From Patescibacteria group bacterium (GTDB lineage Bacteria > Patescibacteriota > Patescibacteriia > Patescibacteriales > UBA12465): 64,000 nucleotides of DNA. The number at the start of each line of letters is the position of its first letter. The stretch's first letter is position 1. Positions 35,525 to 45,477 of the stretch are shown in pieces. The translations under genes were made by a program, and so were the position numbers. The stretch spans positions 1,423 to 65,422 of the forward strand of contig JALNZW010000007.1 in the NCBI GenBank assembly GCA_023229115.1. Reading direction: 5' to 3'. A model generated the notes under the pieces. The model was not told the DNA's origin. It did no database searches and saw only the letters and a program-made list of their open reading frames with translations.

Positions 35525-36988
35525 TTATTTTTTAGATAACTTAAAAGAATTTATAATATAAATTATTTCATCTTTTTTAAATCCTCCCAAGAAAAATATT
35601 AATAAAAAATAAATAATTGCCGATAACAAACAGAGCAAGAAAATATTTAAAGAATCTTTTAGGATAAAAATAAAAATTCCCATCAAAAAAGAAGAAAAAA
35701 GAATTTTCAAAAAAATAGAAAAATTTTCCTTAAATTTATAAACAATAATTTTTTTACTTTCTATTATACCCAAAACAAACATTAAAATATTACTCAACAA
35801 GACAACCACTGAAGCTCCGACTACTCCAAACCTTGGGATCAAGAAAATGTTTAAAACAACTGAAAAAATTAAAGTTATTAACATGTTTCTAGTGTTTTTA
35901 GCTTGTTTATCACAAGCATTAAGCAAGGACCCAATCGGAAAATTTAGAAAAATAAAAATCAAAGAAATTATAGAAATTTTTAAAGGCCAATTAGCTTCAA
36001 GATAGCCCTCCTTAAAAATACTAATGATTTTATCGGATAAAAGGAAAATTCCAAAAGAGATTGGTACAGAAATTAAAAGTAAATAATCAATTGATCTTCT
36101 AAAGGTTATTTTTAATTGCTCCCTATTCTCTTTCCAATAATAACTCATAGCTGGATAAAGAGAAGCCGTAAAAGCCATCGGCAAAAATTGCAAAGCAAAA
36201 ATAATTTTAAAAGAAACCTGGTAAATACCAACTGAATAATCACCTGAAAAAAAAGACAATAAGACAGAGTCCAGATAAGTATATAAACGTTGAAATATGC
36301 CAAACAAAGCAAAAGGCAAACTGAACAATATTATTTTTTTTATAAACTTAAAATCAAAAGAAATTTTAACAGCTAACTTTATTTTATATTTCAAAATTAA
36401 ATAAGAATAGAAAAAATTAAAAATACTAGCCAAAACCAAAGAAGTCATTATTATTCTTAAATCCATTTTTAAATAAATAAATAGGTATCCGAAAAACAAA
36501 ACAATTAATTGAAAAAGCACTGAAGAAACGCTTTCAAATTTTAGATTATGAAAACCGCGAGCTGATCCAAAAAAAGTTAAAGTAAAAGAATCAAGCACCA
36601 TACAAATTGACGAAATATAGACCAATTGTTTGCTTAAAACATCATAATCGCCTAAAATATTTATAAACAAAAAAACAGCCAAAACTGTAAAAAAACTAAA
36701 AACAAGTTTCATTCCTAAAATATTGGACAAAAGACCTCCCGCTTCTTTGCGATCCTTGGCTGTTTCTCTAGTTAAATAATTAACTAAGCCTAAATCAATA
36801 AAAATAGCAAAAATAGTAGTAAAAGAGATGGCAAAGTAATATTTCCCTAAATCACTCGGATCTAAATTTCTAGCTAAAATAACAAAATACAAAAAAGAGA
36901 TGACCTTTTGTATTATTAAAGCCATCGTCAAATAAGAAGTATTTTTAGCTATATTTTTTACTTTTTTATCGATCTCCATAATGAGCAA
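35525..36988 (-). CDS. Polysaccharide flippase (Wzx/MOP superfamily)
   Basis: 487 aa and about 12-14 TM helices. The N-terminal KNTSYLTMALIIQKVISFLYFVILARNL is typical of Wzx/PST proteins. Confidence 0.7.
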   Translation of the reverse strand: MLIMEIDKKVKNIAKNTSYLTMALIIQKVISFLYFVILARNLDPSDLGKYYFAISFTTIFAIFIDLGLVNYLTRETAKDRKEAGGLLSNILGMKLVFSFFTVLAVFLFINILGDYDVLSKQLVYISSICMVLDSFTLTFFGSARGFHNLKFESVSSVLFQLIVLFFGYLFIYLKMDLRIIMTSLVLASIFNFFYSYLILKYKIKLAVKISFDFKFIKKIILFSLPFALFGIFQRLYTYLDSVLLSFFSGDYSVGIYQVSFKIIFALQFLPMAFTASLYPAMSYYWKENREQLKITFRRSIDYLLLISVPISFGIFLLSDKIISIFKEGYLEANWPLKISIISLIFIFLNFPIGSLLNACDKQAKNTRNMLITLIFSVVLNIFLIPRFGVVGASVVVLLSNILMFVLGIIESKKIIVYKFKENFSIFLKILFSSFLMGIFIFILKDSLNIFLLCLLSAIIYFLLIFFLGGFKKDEIIYIINSFKLSKK

Positions 36989-37107
36989 ATTATAGCATAA
37001 AGAAGCATGAAAAACAATAATTTATAATAAATTTAAGAAGAATTTATCTTGCTTGTTTTAAAATATTAAAAATTATAATTAAAAAATCAATAATTATTAT
37101 TGATAAA

Positions 37108-37794
37108 ATGCTTATGAAAATTTTAGTGGTTGATGATGACAAGAAAATCTGTCAATTATTGAAAAGCTCTTTAAAGAAAGAACTTTTCACCGTAGACTTG
37201 GCTAATGACAGCCAAGATGCTTTATACAAATTTCAAACTAATGTTTACAATTTAATTTTAGTTGATTACAACCTACCAGACAAAAATGGAGAAGAATTAA
37301 TTAAGGAAATAAGAGAAATAAATAAAAAAATACCAATAATAATGTTAACAGTTGAGGGAGAACAAGAAATGAAAAATAAGTTATTTGATTTAGGTATTGA
37401 TGACTACATCACCAAACCCTTTATATTTGAAGACTTATTAAGAAGGATAAAGGCTGTTATGCGCCGACCACAAGAAACAAAAGGAAGAATTTATAAAATT
37501 GACGACCTATGTGTTGATGTTGAAAAACATCAAGTAAAAAGAGGAAAAGAAAAAGTTTATTTAACTTTTAAAGAATTAATGCTTTTGGAATATTTTTTAA
37601 AAAATCAAGGAAAAATTCTTTCTCGAACAGTTCTGATGGAAAATGTTTGGGATTTTAACGCTGATCCTTTTTCTAACACAATAGAATCACATATTTTAAA
37701 AATTAGAAAAAAAATAAATCCCACTCAAGATAAGCGGGATTTAATTCACACCATTAAGGGCCGAGGTTATAAAATTGATACTAGTAAATGGTAA
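37108..37794 (+). CDS. OmpR-family response regulator (receiver + winged-helix)
   Basis: KILVVDDD...LILVDYNLPDKNG...KPF receiver motifs. The C-terminal LTFKELMLLEYFLKN...IHTIKGRGYKI is the OmpR/PhoB DNA-binding domain. Confidence 0.9.
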   Translation: MLMKILVVDDDKKICQLLKSSLKKELFTVDLANDSQDALYKFQTNVYNLILVDYNLPDKNGEELIKEIREINKKIPIIMLTVEGEQEMKNKLFDLGIDDYITKPFIFEDLLRRIKAVMRRPQETKGRIYKIDDLCVDVEKHQVKRGKEKVYLTFKELMLLEYFLKNQGKILSRTVLMENVWDFNADPFSNTIESHILKIRKKINPTQDKRDLIHTIKGRGYKIDTSKW

Positions 37795-38601
37795 CTATAA
37801 TACAACTTTTTGAATATCCTCCATCTCTCTTCCTAGAAAAAATTCTCCTAATTCTTTAAATTTTTCAACATTGTCAGTGGCATAAAATTTAAGCTGAGGA
37901 TTCATTTTTTTTTCAATTCCCAGTTCTGGATGACGATTCAAATAACTCAAAAGACTATCACTAATTATTTTTTCGGTATCAAGAACTTGGCAATTTTTTC
38001 CCATTATTCTTTTAATATCTTTTAATAAAAAAGGATAATGAGTGCAAGCCAAAACTAGAGCTTCTACTTTTTTTACCTTAAGTTTTCTTAAATATTTTTT
38101 AAGAATCATTTTTGTTTCCGGCTTCTTTAACCAATTTTCTTCTATCAAAGAAACTAAAAGTGGAGTTGCCTTCTGAAAAACTTCCAAATCTCTATCTAAA
38201 TTTCTAATTTCCTTTCCATAAACATCAGAATTTATTGTTGCTTTAGTACCAATAATACCAACTCTTTCAATATTTTTAAGCCTAGCTATTTCCTCGGCTA
38301 TAGGACGAACAACTCCTAAAACTTTTAAACCCGGATACTTTACTGGCAAATACTCTTGTTGAATTTTTCTAAGAGCTTGAGCTGAGGCGCTGTTACAAGC
38401 TATTATTATTAATTTACAATTTTGACTGTACAAAAAATCAACTGCTTTAACTGTGTAGTTATAAATTGTTTCCATTGACTTGTTACCATAAGGGACGTTA
38501 GCATTATCACCTAAATAAATGTAATCATATTCTGGATGATCTTTTAAAAATCCTCTAAGGACAGTCAAACCACCAACACCTGAATCAAAAACTCCAATCA
38601 T
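37795..38601 (-). CDS. murI: Glutamate racemase
   Basis: GVFDSGVGGLTVL, IIACNSASA and LACTHYP catalytic-Cys motifs. Confidence 0.95.
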   Translation of the reverse strand: MIGVFDSGVGGLTVLRGFLKDHPEYDYIYLGDNANVPYGNKSMETIYNYTVKAVDFLYSQNCKLIIIACNSASAQALRKIQQEYLPVKYPGLKVLGVVRPIAEEIARLKNIERVGIIGTKATINSDVYGKEIRNLDRDLEVFQKATPLLVSLIEENWLKKPETKMILKKYLRKLKVKKVEALVLACTHYPFLLKDIKRIMGKNCQVLDTEKIISDSLLSYLNRHPELGIEKKMNPQLKFYATDNVEKFKELGEFFLGREMEDIQKVVL

Positions 38602-38607
38602 AATTAA

Positions 38608-39282
38608 TTAAGATAATTTAAAATTATTAATTGTCAGTACAAAATTATAGCCTAAAAATTCAGCTGCCTTACGACAAAACACCATTCTATTATTAAATAT
38701 TTCAAAATATTCCATAACTCCAGTTACCTTAGTATCAATTTTCAATTTCAAAATAATTTCTTTTTTAGCTTTATTAACTTTGAAGGCTGATTCTATAACC
38801 GAATAATTAACTCTATCATGAATATCTTCTTTTAAATTTTCTGGGGTTTTATTTTTAACTCTATTTCGATGAACGTCTGACTTATCAGCCAAAACTAATA
38901 TAGCACCAATTTTGTTAACAACTTCATTTTCATGTTCGTCATGATTAGCTATGGCTTGCATAACCTCTAAAATATCTTTAGTTTCTTGACTACTTCTAGA
39001 GCTAGATAAAAAAAATTGAGAAAAAAGCATGGCTCCAGTATAGGGATGGCCGGTTCTTTGTAAAAAATTACCCATATCATGACAATAACCAGCAATAGCC
39101 GCTAGCTGTTGCTCTCGCTCGTCTAAACCAATATTTTTAGCCAAACTTTTAGCTCTATCAGAAACCAAATTTAAATGACGAGGACCATGGTCAGTATATC
39201 CTAAATAATTCAAATATTCTTCTGTTTTTTTTATAGAATAAACAACACCCGAATGTTTTTTAATTTCTTCTAAACTCAACAT
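38608..39282 (-). CDS. HD-domain phosphohydrolase
   Basis: H...HD pattern: HGPRHLNLV ... GYCHDMGN ... ANHDEH. Confidence 0.7.
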   Translation of the reverse strand: MLSLEEIKKHSGVVYSIKKTEEYLNYLGYTDHGPRHLNLVSDRAKSLAKNIGLDEREQQLAAIAGYCHDMGNFLQRTGHPYTGAMLFSQFFLSSSRSSQETKDILEVMQAIANHDEHENEVVNKIGAILVLADKSDVHRNRVKNKTPENLKEDIHDRVNYSVIESAFKVNKAKKEIILKLKIDTKVTGVMEYFEIFNNRMVFCRKAAEFLGYNFVLTINNFKLS

Positions 39283-39298
39283 AAAATTTATAATAAAA

Positions 39299-40342
39299 TT
39301 AATTTTTAATTAAACCATGAGCCACGCTCTCTCTCAGGCCAGCTCCACTAATTTCTATAAAATCAACCTTCCCTTTCACTCTTTCAATATTATCTGCCCC
39401 CATATAAGTCATGCCGGAAGCTAAACCACCTAAAAATTTATTAACAATTGGAACGACAGAACCTTTATACTCAATTGTTGTCATTTCACCTTCGACATGA
39501 ACTACCTCCTCTTTTTTCTTGCCATCTAGGGCCATTTTTTTAACAGTTGCTAGGTAACTAGCCATACCTCGATATTCTTTATATTTTTTACCATTTTTTG
39601 TAATAATCTTACCGGGAGTTTCTTTTGTCCCCGAAAAAAGAGAACCACTCATTACGGTGTCAGCTCCAGCCCCTATAGCTTTAACTATATCTCCTGGATT
39701 TTTAATTCCACCGTCAGCACAAACTGGAACCCTCCCCTGGCTAGCTTCATAAACATCCATTATTGCTGTAATCTGAGGAACGCCAGCTCCAGCCATTATT
39801 CTGGTTGTACACATTGATCCTGGTCCAATACCAACTTTTATAGCATCAGCTTTTTTATTTATAAAATATTCAGCTGCATCTTTAGTGGCAATATTACCAA
39901 CCATAATGTCTATTCTAGGATAATTTTCTTTTAAATAATCTAAAGTTTTACCAACCCTTTTGGAATGACCATGAGCCACATCCAAAACCAGAATATCAAC
40001 ACCAGAGTCAGCTAAAGCTTTAACCCTTTCTTCATAATCCTTAACACCCAAAGCTGCGGCTGCTAAAAGATTTTCTTTTTTAATTTTTTTTACTTCTTTT
40101 GCCTGATTAGCCACAGTCATAAATCTATGGACAACTCCCAAACCGCCCATTTTACCGACAGTGATAGCCATTTCACTTTCGCAAACAGTATCCATATTTG
40201 CTACTAACAATGGAATGTCTATAAAATGATTTTTAGTAACTTTTGTTCTAAAGGAAACTTCCTTGCGAGAATTAACTCTATTATATTTAGGAACAAGCAA
40301 AACATCGTCAAAAGAATAACCTTTACCAATAATTCTGGCCAT
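39299..40342 (-). CDS. IMP dehydrogenase/GMP reductase family enzyme lacking the CBS (Bateman) insert
   Basis: [12 protein letters not shown], catalytic loop [28 protein letters not shown]. At 347 aa there is no room for a CBS pair. Confidence 0.8.
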   Translation of the reverse strand: MARIIGKGYSFDDVLLVPKYNRVNSRKEVSFRTKVTKNHFIDIPLLVANMDTVCESEMAITVGKMGGLGVVHRFMTVANQAKEVKKIKKENLLAAAALGVKDYEERVKALADSGVDILVLDVAHGHSKRVGKTLDYLKENYPRIDIMVGNIATKDAAEYFINKKADAIKVGIGPGSMCTTRIMAGAGVPQITAIMDVYEASQGRVPVCADGGIKNPGDIVKAIGAGADTVMSGSLFSGTKETPGKIITKNGKKYKEYRGMASYLATVKKMALDGKKKEEVVHVEGEMTTIEYKGSVVPIVNKFLGGLASGMTYMGADNIERVKGKVDFIEISGAGLRESVAHGLIKN

Positions 40343-40347
40343 AAATT

Positions 40348-40923
40348 TTATTTTATTAATTTAATAATTTTTTTAATTGAATTTTGATACTGATCAAGAT
40401 AATTTTTTCCATTATTTTTTTCAGCCAATCCAAATAATTTTGTTTTTATATTTTTAATACCACAAAATTTTAACACACCCCTTAATGTTTTAGTTGCTAA
40501 ATTACCAAATAAAAAATAATAAAAACTAGGAGCGCCAGAAGTGCAAATTAAAATAGATTTTTTACCCTTAAGTAATTTTTCTGGCATTGCACCATTAGGG
40601 TTATTATATTTAAAAGCAAAGCCAGGTAAAAAAACTCTATCAATAAATCCTTTTAAAATTGCTGGGAAGCTATACCACCATATTGGAAAAACAAAAATTA
40701 AATAATCAGCCCATAAAATATCTGATTGAGCTGATTTTAAATCTGGCTCCAACTCCTGAATTTCTTTATATCCCTTTTTTAAATTTAAATCAAAATTTAA
40801 TTCACCTAAATTTATTCTTTTAAAATCAAATTTACTATTAAGTTCTTTTTCAAAAATATCAGCTAATTTACCATTAAGACCATCCTTGTTTGGATTACCC
40901 AAAATCAACAAAATTTTTTTCAT
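40348..40923 (-). CDS. Flavodoxin-like-fold NAD(P)H (quinone) oxidoreductase
   Basis: MKKILLILGNPNKDGLNGKLA... and FVFPIWWYSFPAILKGFIDRVF match the Flavodoxin_2/NQO-type pattern. Confidence 0.7.
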   Translation of the reverse strand: MKKILLILGNPNKDGLNGKLADIFEKELNSKFDFKRINLGELNFDLNLKKGYKEIQELEPDLKSAQSDILWADYLIFVFPIWWYSFPAILKGFIDRVFLPGFAFKYNNPNGAMPEKLLKGKKSILICTSGAPSFYYFLFGNLATKTLRGVLKFCGIKNIKTKLFGLAEKNNGKNYLDQYQNSIKKIIKLIK

Positions 40924-40924
40924 A

Positions 40925-41410
40925 TTAATTTAATAAATAAATTGAGTAAGCCAAATAAGTAGCAAAAGAAACCCACAAAAAATAAGGAATAAACAAAACA
41001 GCGGAGGCTTTATGGTCTTTCCAAAGCATTAAAATTAAAACTAAATTAATTAAATTTAGGGCAATCATTTCCATAACTGACCAGAAAATTAGATGCCAAG
41101 AAAAAAACAAAACTGACCAAAAAACATTGAGCAGTCCATTTAAAACAAACAAAAAAACAACTATGTAAAAAAACAAACTTTTCCTATCAGTCTTATGATT
41201 GTTAGAAAAAAGCAGAATTGAAATGGCTGATAAAATAAAAATAACAGTCCAAGCTATCCCAATAAAAGAACCATGCGGAGTAAATGATGGCTGATTGATT
41301 GCATCATACCAATCCATTCCACCTCCAGTAATATAACCACCCAATAAAGATACAAATAAAACACCCAATGGTGCCAATAAATAATTAACTTTTAAACCTC
41401 TAATTTTCAT
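40925..41410 (-). CDS. tspO: TspO/MBR family tryptophan-rich membrane protein
   Basis: WYDAINQPSFTPHGSFIGIAWTVIFILSAIS. 5 TM helices, 161 aa. Confidence 0.85.
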   Translation of the reverse strand: MKIRGLKVNYLLAPLGVLFVSLLGGYITGGGMDWYDAINQPSFTPHGSFIGIAWTVIFILSAISILLFSNNHKTDRKSLFFYIVVFLFVLNGLLNVFWSVLFFSWHLIFWSVMEMIALNLINLVLILMLWKDHKASAVLFIPYFLWVSFATYLAYSIYLLN

Positions 41411-41466
41411 AAGCCTAAAATTAATATTAATATCCCTAATAATTATAGCAAAAAAAAATTAAATTG

Positions 41467-42618
41467 TCATTTTAGTTTTTTAGATTTTTTTCTAGCAAGA
41501 TTAGCAAAACGATGTGCTTCATCTCGAGCTTTTAAAAGTATTAATTTAATATCTAAAACTTCCTTTTTAAATTTTTTATCTGTATTTTTCAAAAAAACTA
41601 TTTCGTCTCCAGCAAATTTAGATAAACCAACTACATTTTTTATTTTATATTGTTCAAAAATTTCTTTTAAAAAATCAAGCTGAGGGCGCCCTCCGTCTAT
41701 CAAAAACAAATCAGGATATGACCATTCTTGGTGCTTTAATCTTCTTTCCATAACTTCAGCTAAAGCACGGAAGTCATCATGTAAGTAGTTATTTTTAATT
41801 TTAAATAAACGATAATCATTTTTTTGATATTCACCTTCAAAATCAACAACAACCATAGAGCCATAAGTTTCTTTTCCAGAAAAATGAGAAATATCATAGG
41901 CCTCTATTCTTTTAAAATTATTTTGTTCTAAATTTTTTTCATTTTCTATCAAAGAAACGTCTTGTAAATGCTTTAAAGCTTTAAGTTGTTCGGGGTTTTC
42001 TTTCGAAAGTTTTTTTATCAAATACTCTTTTTTGCCAGATAAAAGTAAAATAATATTTTTAATATTTTTCTGATAATCTTTTTTATTTATTTTTCCCAAA
42101 CACGATCCAGGGCAAAGACCAACCTGATAATCAAAACAAGCCTTACCCGAATTAGCTTTACAGGTTCCATAAGGAAAAATGCGCCGAACAATCCTTAAAG
42201 CATTTTTAATTAAAGTAAAAGATTGATAAGGTCCAAAAATTTGATTATTTTTATCTTGATATTTTTCTAAATCTTTACCTCTAATAATTACAGGGTAAGT
42301 AAAATCTTTTTTAGCGATGATAATATAAATAAAAGACCGATCATCGCGGTCTTTAATATTGTATTTGGGCCAATATTTCTTGATATATTTAGCCTCCAAA
42401 ATAATCGCCTCAAGCAAAGTTTTGGTTTCAATAACTTTTATTTTTTTAGCCTGTGCGACCATTTCCTTTATTCTCAAATCAATATTAGACAAAAAATACT
42501 GACTTAATCTATTTTTTAAGCTTGTTGCTCGACCAACATATAAAACCTTTCCCTGGCCATCAAGCCAAAAATAAACACCAGGACCTTTAGAAATATTCTT
42601 TATACTATCTTTTAGCAT
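41467..42618 (-). CDS. uvrC: Excinuclease ABC subunit C, short form (GIY-YIG + endonuclease core; no recognisable UVR or C-terminal HhH domains)
   Basis: GVYFWLDGQGKVLYVGRATSLKNRLSQY (GIY-YIG), CFDYQVGLCPGSC, IEAYDISHFSG. It ends just after RDEAHRFA. Length is 383 aa versus about 610 aa in E. coli. Confidence 0.8.
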   Translation of the reverse strand: MLKDSIKNISKGPGVYFWLDGQGKVLYVGRATSLKNRLSQYFLSNIDLRIKEMVAQAKKIKVIETKTLLEAIILEAKYIKKYWPKYNIKDRDDRSFIYIIIAKKDFTYPVIIRGKDLEKYQDKNNQIFGPYQSFTLIKNALRIVRRIFPYGTCKANSGKACFDYQVGLCPGSCLGKINKKDYQKNIKNIILLLSGKKEYLIKKLSKENPEQLKALKHLQDVSLIENEKNLEQNNFKRIEAYDISHFSGKETYGSMVVVDFEGEYQKNDYRLFKIKNNYLHDDFRALAEVMERRLKHQEWSYPDLFLIDGGRPQLDFLKEIFEQYKIKNVVGLSKFAGDEIVFLKNTDKKFKKEVLDIKLILLKARDEAHRFANLARKKSKKLK

Positions 42619-42655
42619 AAAATAATTATATCATTTTAAAAACCTTGCTTCAAAT

Positions 42656-42680
42656 AAAAAAAGGACTAAAATGTCCTTTT
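42656..42680. terminator. Intrinsic terminator hairpin between uvrA region and uvrC
   Basis: AAAGGAC-TAAAAT-GTCCTTT with an A-run upstream and a T-run downstream. Confidence 0.55.
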
Positions 42681-42704
42681 GAAAAATTACCGAATTGCAA
42701 ATTA

Positions 42705-42818
42705 TTAAAAACCTATCAATATAGCGAGAACAATAAGAATTATTCCCAACAATATTCTTCCCAAATATAGCTTGCCACCACCTTTAGTAACAATAATGAT
42801 GTCTCTAAAATATCTCAT
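42705..42818 (-). CDS. Possible 37-aa single-TM peptide (below ORF-track cutoff)
   Basis: Manual translation gives MRYFRDIIIVTKGGGKLYLGRILLGIILIVLAILIGF*. It lies between uvrA and the terminator. Confidence 0.3.
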   Translation of the reverse strand: MRYFRDIIIVTKGGGKLYLGRILLGIILIVLAILIGF

Positions 42819-42920
42819 CTTTTAAAATTTTAGGTTAAACAATAAAATATTATTATTCAAAGTACTAATTTTGCTATTATAACACACTTTAAATATTTTG
42901 TCAAACAAAAAACTAAAAAA

Positions 42921-45473
42921 TTATCTCAAATAATCTTTTAAATATTTGCCAGTAATACTCTTTTCATTTCTAATAATATCCTCCGGTTCGCCACTGGCCA
43001 GTAAATATCCACCCTTTTCTCCTCCATCGGGACCAAGGTCAATTAAATAATCCATTGACTTAAGCATGTGCATATTGTGTTCTATAACCACAACTGTATG
43101 CCCTTTGTCTACTAATTTATTTAAAACTTGTAACAACATTTCAATATCTTTATAATGAAGTCCGGTTGTTGGTTCATCTAATAAATACAAAGTTTTTTGG
43201 CCCAAAACATAGTTTAATTCTTTGGCAATTTTTACTCTTTGGGCCTCTCCGCCAGAAAGTGTGGTTGCACTTTGTCCTAGTTTTAAATATCCAAGACCAA
43301 CTGATTTCAAAATATTAAGTTTATCGGTTATATAATAATTACCATCAAAAAGCTTAATTGCCTCCTCAACGCTTAAATCTAAAACGTCAGAAATATTATG
43401 ATTTTTATATTCTACTTGCAAAGTTTCTCGATTAAATCTTTTGCCTCGACAAATCTCACATTCAACTAGCACTGCTGGTAAGAAATGCATCTCTATAAGG
43501 TTAAATCCAGCACCCTGACAAGCCTCACAACGTCCACCAGCTCTGTTAAACGAAAAACGTGACAAAGTATAGCCTCTTTCTTTAGATTCTGGTAATTCAG
43601 CAAAAAAATCCCTAATTGGAGTGAAAATATCAGTATAAGTTGCTGGATTTGATCTAGGAGTTCTGCCTATAGGTGATTGATCAATAACCGATATCTTATT
43701 TATATACTCAGCTCCTTTTATATCTTCAACATCTATTAATTTATTCTTTTTACCAGGATTATTCTTTATCTGTACAATATTTTTATACAGAACATCATAT
43801 AACAACGAAGATTTTCCACTACCAGACACACCACACAAACCAACAAGCCTTCCCAATGGTATTTCCAGATTAATATTCTTCAAATTATTAGCCCTAGCCC
43901 CTTTTATACTTATAAAACCCTTATTTTGAGATCTCCTTTTATTTGGCAATTCTATTCTTTTTACGCCATTTAAGTACTCCAAGGTCAAAGAATTTGAACT
44001 TTTATTAGTATTTATTTCTTTCTTGACTACTTTTTTTGTACTTAATTTTGGATTATCATTCTTTTTTACTAAATCAGCTGTATATCCAATCTCAACAATT
44101 TCACCGCCATTTATACCAGCTCCCGGACCTAAATCTACTAAATAATCAGAATTAAGTATTGTTTGTTCATCATGTTCCACTAAAATTACTGTATTACCCT
44201 TGTCTCTAAGGGATTTTAAGGTATCTATCAGTTTAAAAGTGTCTCTCTCGTGAAGACCAATGGTCGGCTCATCTAAAACATACAAAGTTCTAGATAGTTG
44301 TGAACCAATTTGAGAAGAAAGCCTTATTCTTTGAGCTTCTCCACCAGAAAGAGTTTCTGCTTCCCTGTTTAAAGTTAAATAAGATAAACCAACTTTATTT
44401 AAAAACTCCAATCTATCTATAATCTGCTGCATCACGGTTGAAACTATTTCCATTTGACGTTTATTTAGATTACCCAAAACAACTTCAAAAAATAAATAAG
44501 CTTCACTTAGTGATAAGGCAGTCACTTCAGCTATATTTTTATCATTAATTCTAACCGACAAGGCCTCTTCCCTCAACCTTTGACCATTACACTTAGGACA
44601 TACTTCATTAGCATAAAAACCAATTTTACCTAAACCAGAGCAAGAGGGACAAGCTCCATGAGGAGAATTGAAAGAAAAAAGACGTGGTTCAACTTCTGGA
44701 AAAGAAAAATTATCATTAGGGCAAGTCCAATTAGAAGAAAGTAAAAACTCTTCTTTTTCTAAACCGACATAAACCAAGCCCTTGCTATAAGCAATAGCAT
44801 TTTCTATAGCCTCAAATAAACGAGAATCATCACTTGGTAAAACTTTATCAATAACAATATCTATGTCATGTTTTTTGTTGGGACTTAATTTAATCTGATC
44901 TCTCAAAGATTGTATTTTTCCATCAATTCTAGCCTCAGAATAACCTAATGACAAATAATCATATAATAATTGGTAATATTCACCCTTTCTTCCTCTAACC
45001 ACTGGAGATATTATTGTTAGGTGTTTACTATTAGAATCCTTAGCTCGATTAATAGAAATATCAACCATTTCTTCTAGCGATAATCTTTGAATCTTATGAC
45101 CACATAAAGGGCAAAAAACTTCTCCCAAACGAGCATAAAGAACTCTTAAATAATCATAAATTTCTGTAAGAGTTCCAACAGTAGACCGTGGATTATGCGA
45201 CAAAGCTTTCTGATCAATAGAAATAGCTGGGGCTAATCCTAGTATTTCGTCAACATCGGCCGGTTTTTTTTGACCTAAAAATTGTCGCATATAAGGAGAA
45301 AGTGACTCAACATAACGACGTTGTCCTTCGGCAAAAATTGTATCAAAAGCAAGCGATGATTTACCACTACCAGAAACACCAGTAATAACCGTTAATTTAT
45401 TATGCGGTATTTCTAAATCAATATTTTTTAAGTTGTGCATTCGTGCACCACGAATGATTATTTTATCATTCAT
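42921..45473 (-). CDS. uvrA: Excinuclease ABC subunit A
   Basis: Two ABC ATPase modules (GVSGSGKSS twice; LSGGEAQR twice) and zinc modules ([22 protein letters not shown]...CEICRG). 850 aa. Confidence 0.95.
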   Translation of the reverse strand: MNDKIIIRGARMHNLKNIDLEIPHNKLTVITGVSGSGKSSLAFDTIFAEGQRRYVESLSPYMRQFLGQKKPADVDEILGLAPAISIDQKALSHNPRSTVGTLTEIYDYLRVLYARLGEVFCPLCGHKIQRLSLEEMVDISINRAKDSNSKHLTIISPVVRGRKGEYYQLLYDYLSLGYSEARIDGKIQSLRDQIKLSPNKKHDIDIVIDKVLPSDDSRLFEAIENAIAYSKGLVYVGLEKEEFLLSSNWTCPNDNFSFPEVEPRLFSFNSPHGACPSCSGLGKIGFYANEVCPKCNGQRLREEALSVRINDKNIAEVTALSLSEAYLFFEVVLGNLNKRQMEIVSTVMQQIIDRLEFLNKVGLSYLTLNREAETLSGGEAQRIRLSSQIGSQLSRTLYVLDEPTIGLHERDTFKLIDTLKSLRDKGNTVILVEHDEQTILNSDYLVDLGPGAGINGGEIVEIGYTADLVKKNDNPKLSTKKVVKKEINTNKSSNSLTLEYLNGVKRIELPNKRRSQNKGFISIKGARANNLKNINLEIPLGRLVGLCGVSGSGKSSLLYDVLYKNIVQIKNNPGKKNKLIDVEDIKGAEYINKISVIDQSPIGRTPRSNPATYTDIFTPIRDFFAELPESKERGYTLSRFSFNRAGGRCEACQGAGFNLIEMHFLPAVLVECEICRGKRFNRETLQVEYKNHNISDVLDLSVEEAIKLFDGNYYITDKLNILKSVGLGYLKLGQSATTLSGGEAQRVKIAKELNYVLGQKTLYLLDEPTTGLHYKDIEMLLQVLNKLVDKGHTVVVIEHNMHMLKSMDYLIDLGPDGGEKGGYLLASGEPEDIIRNEKSITGKYLKDYLR

Positions 45474-45477
45474 AAAA

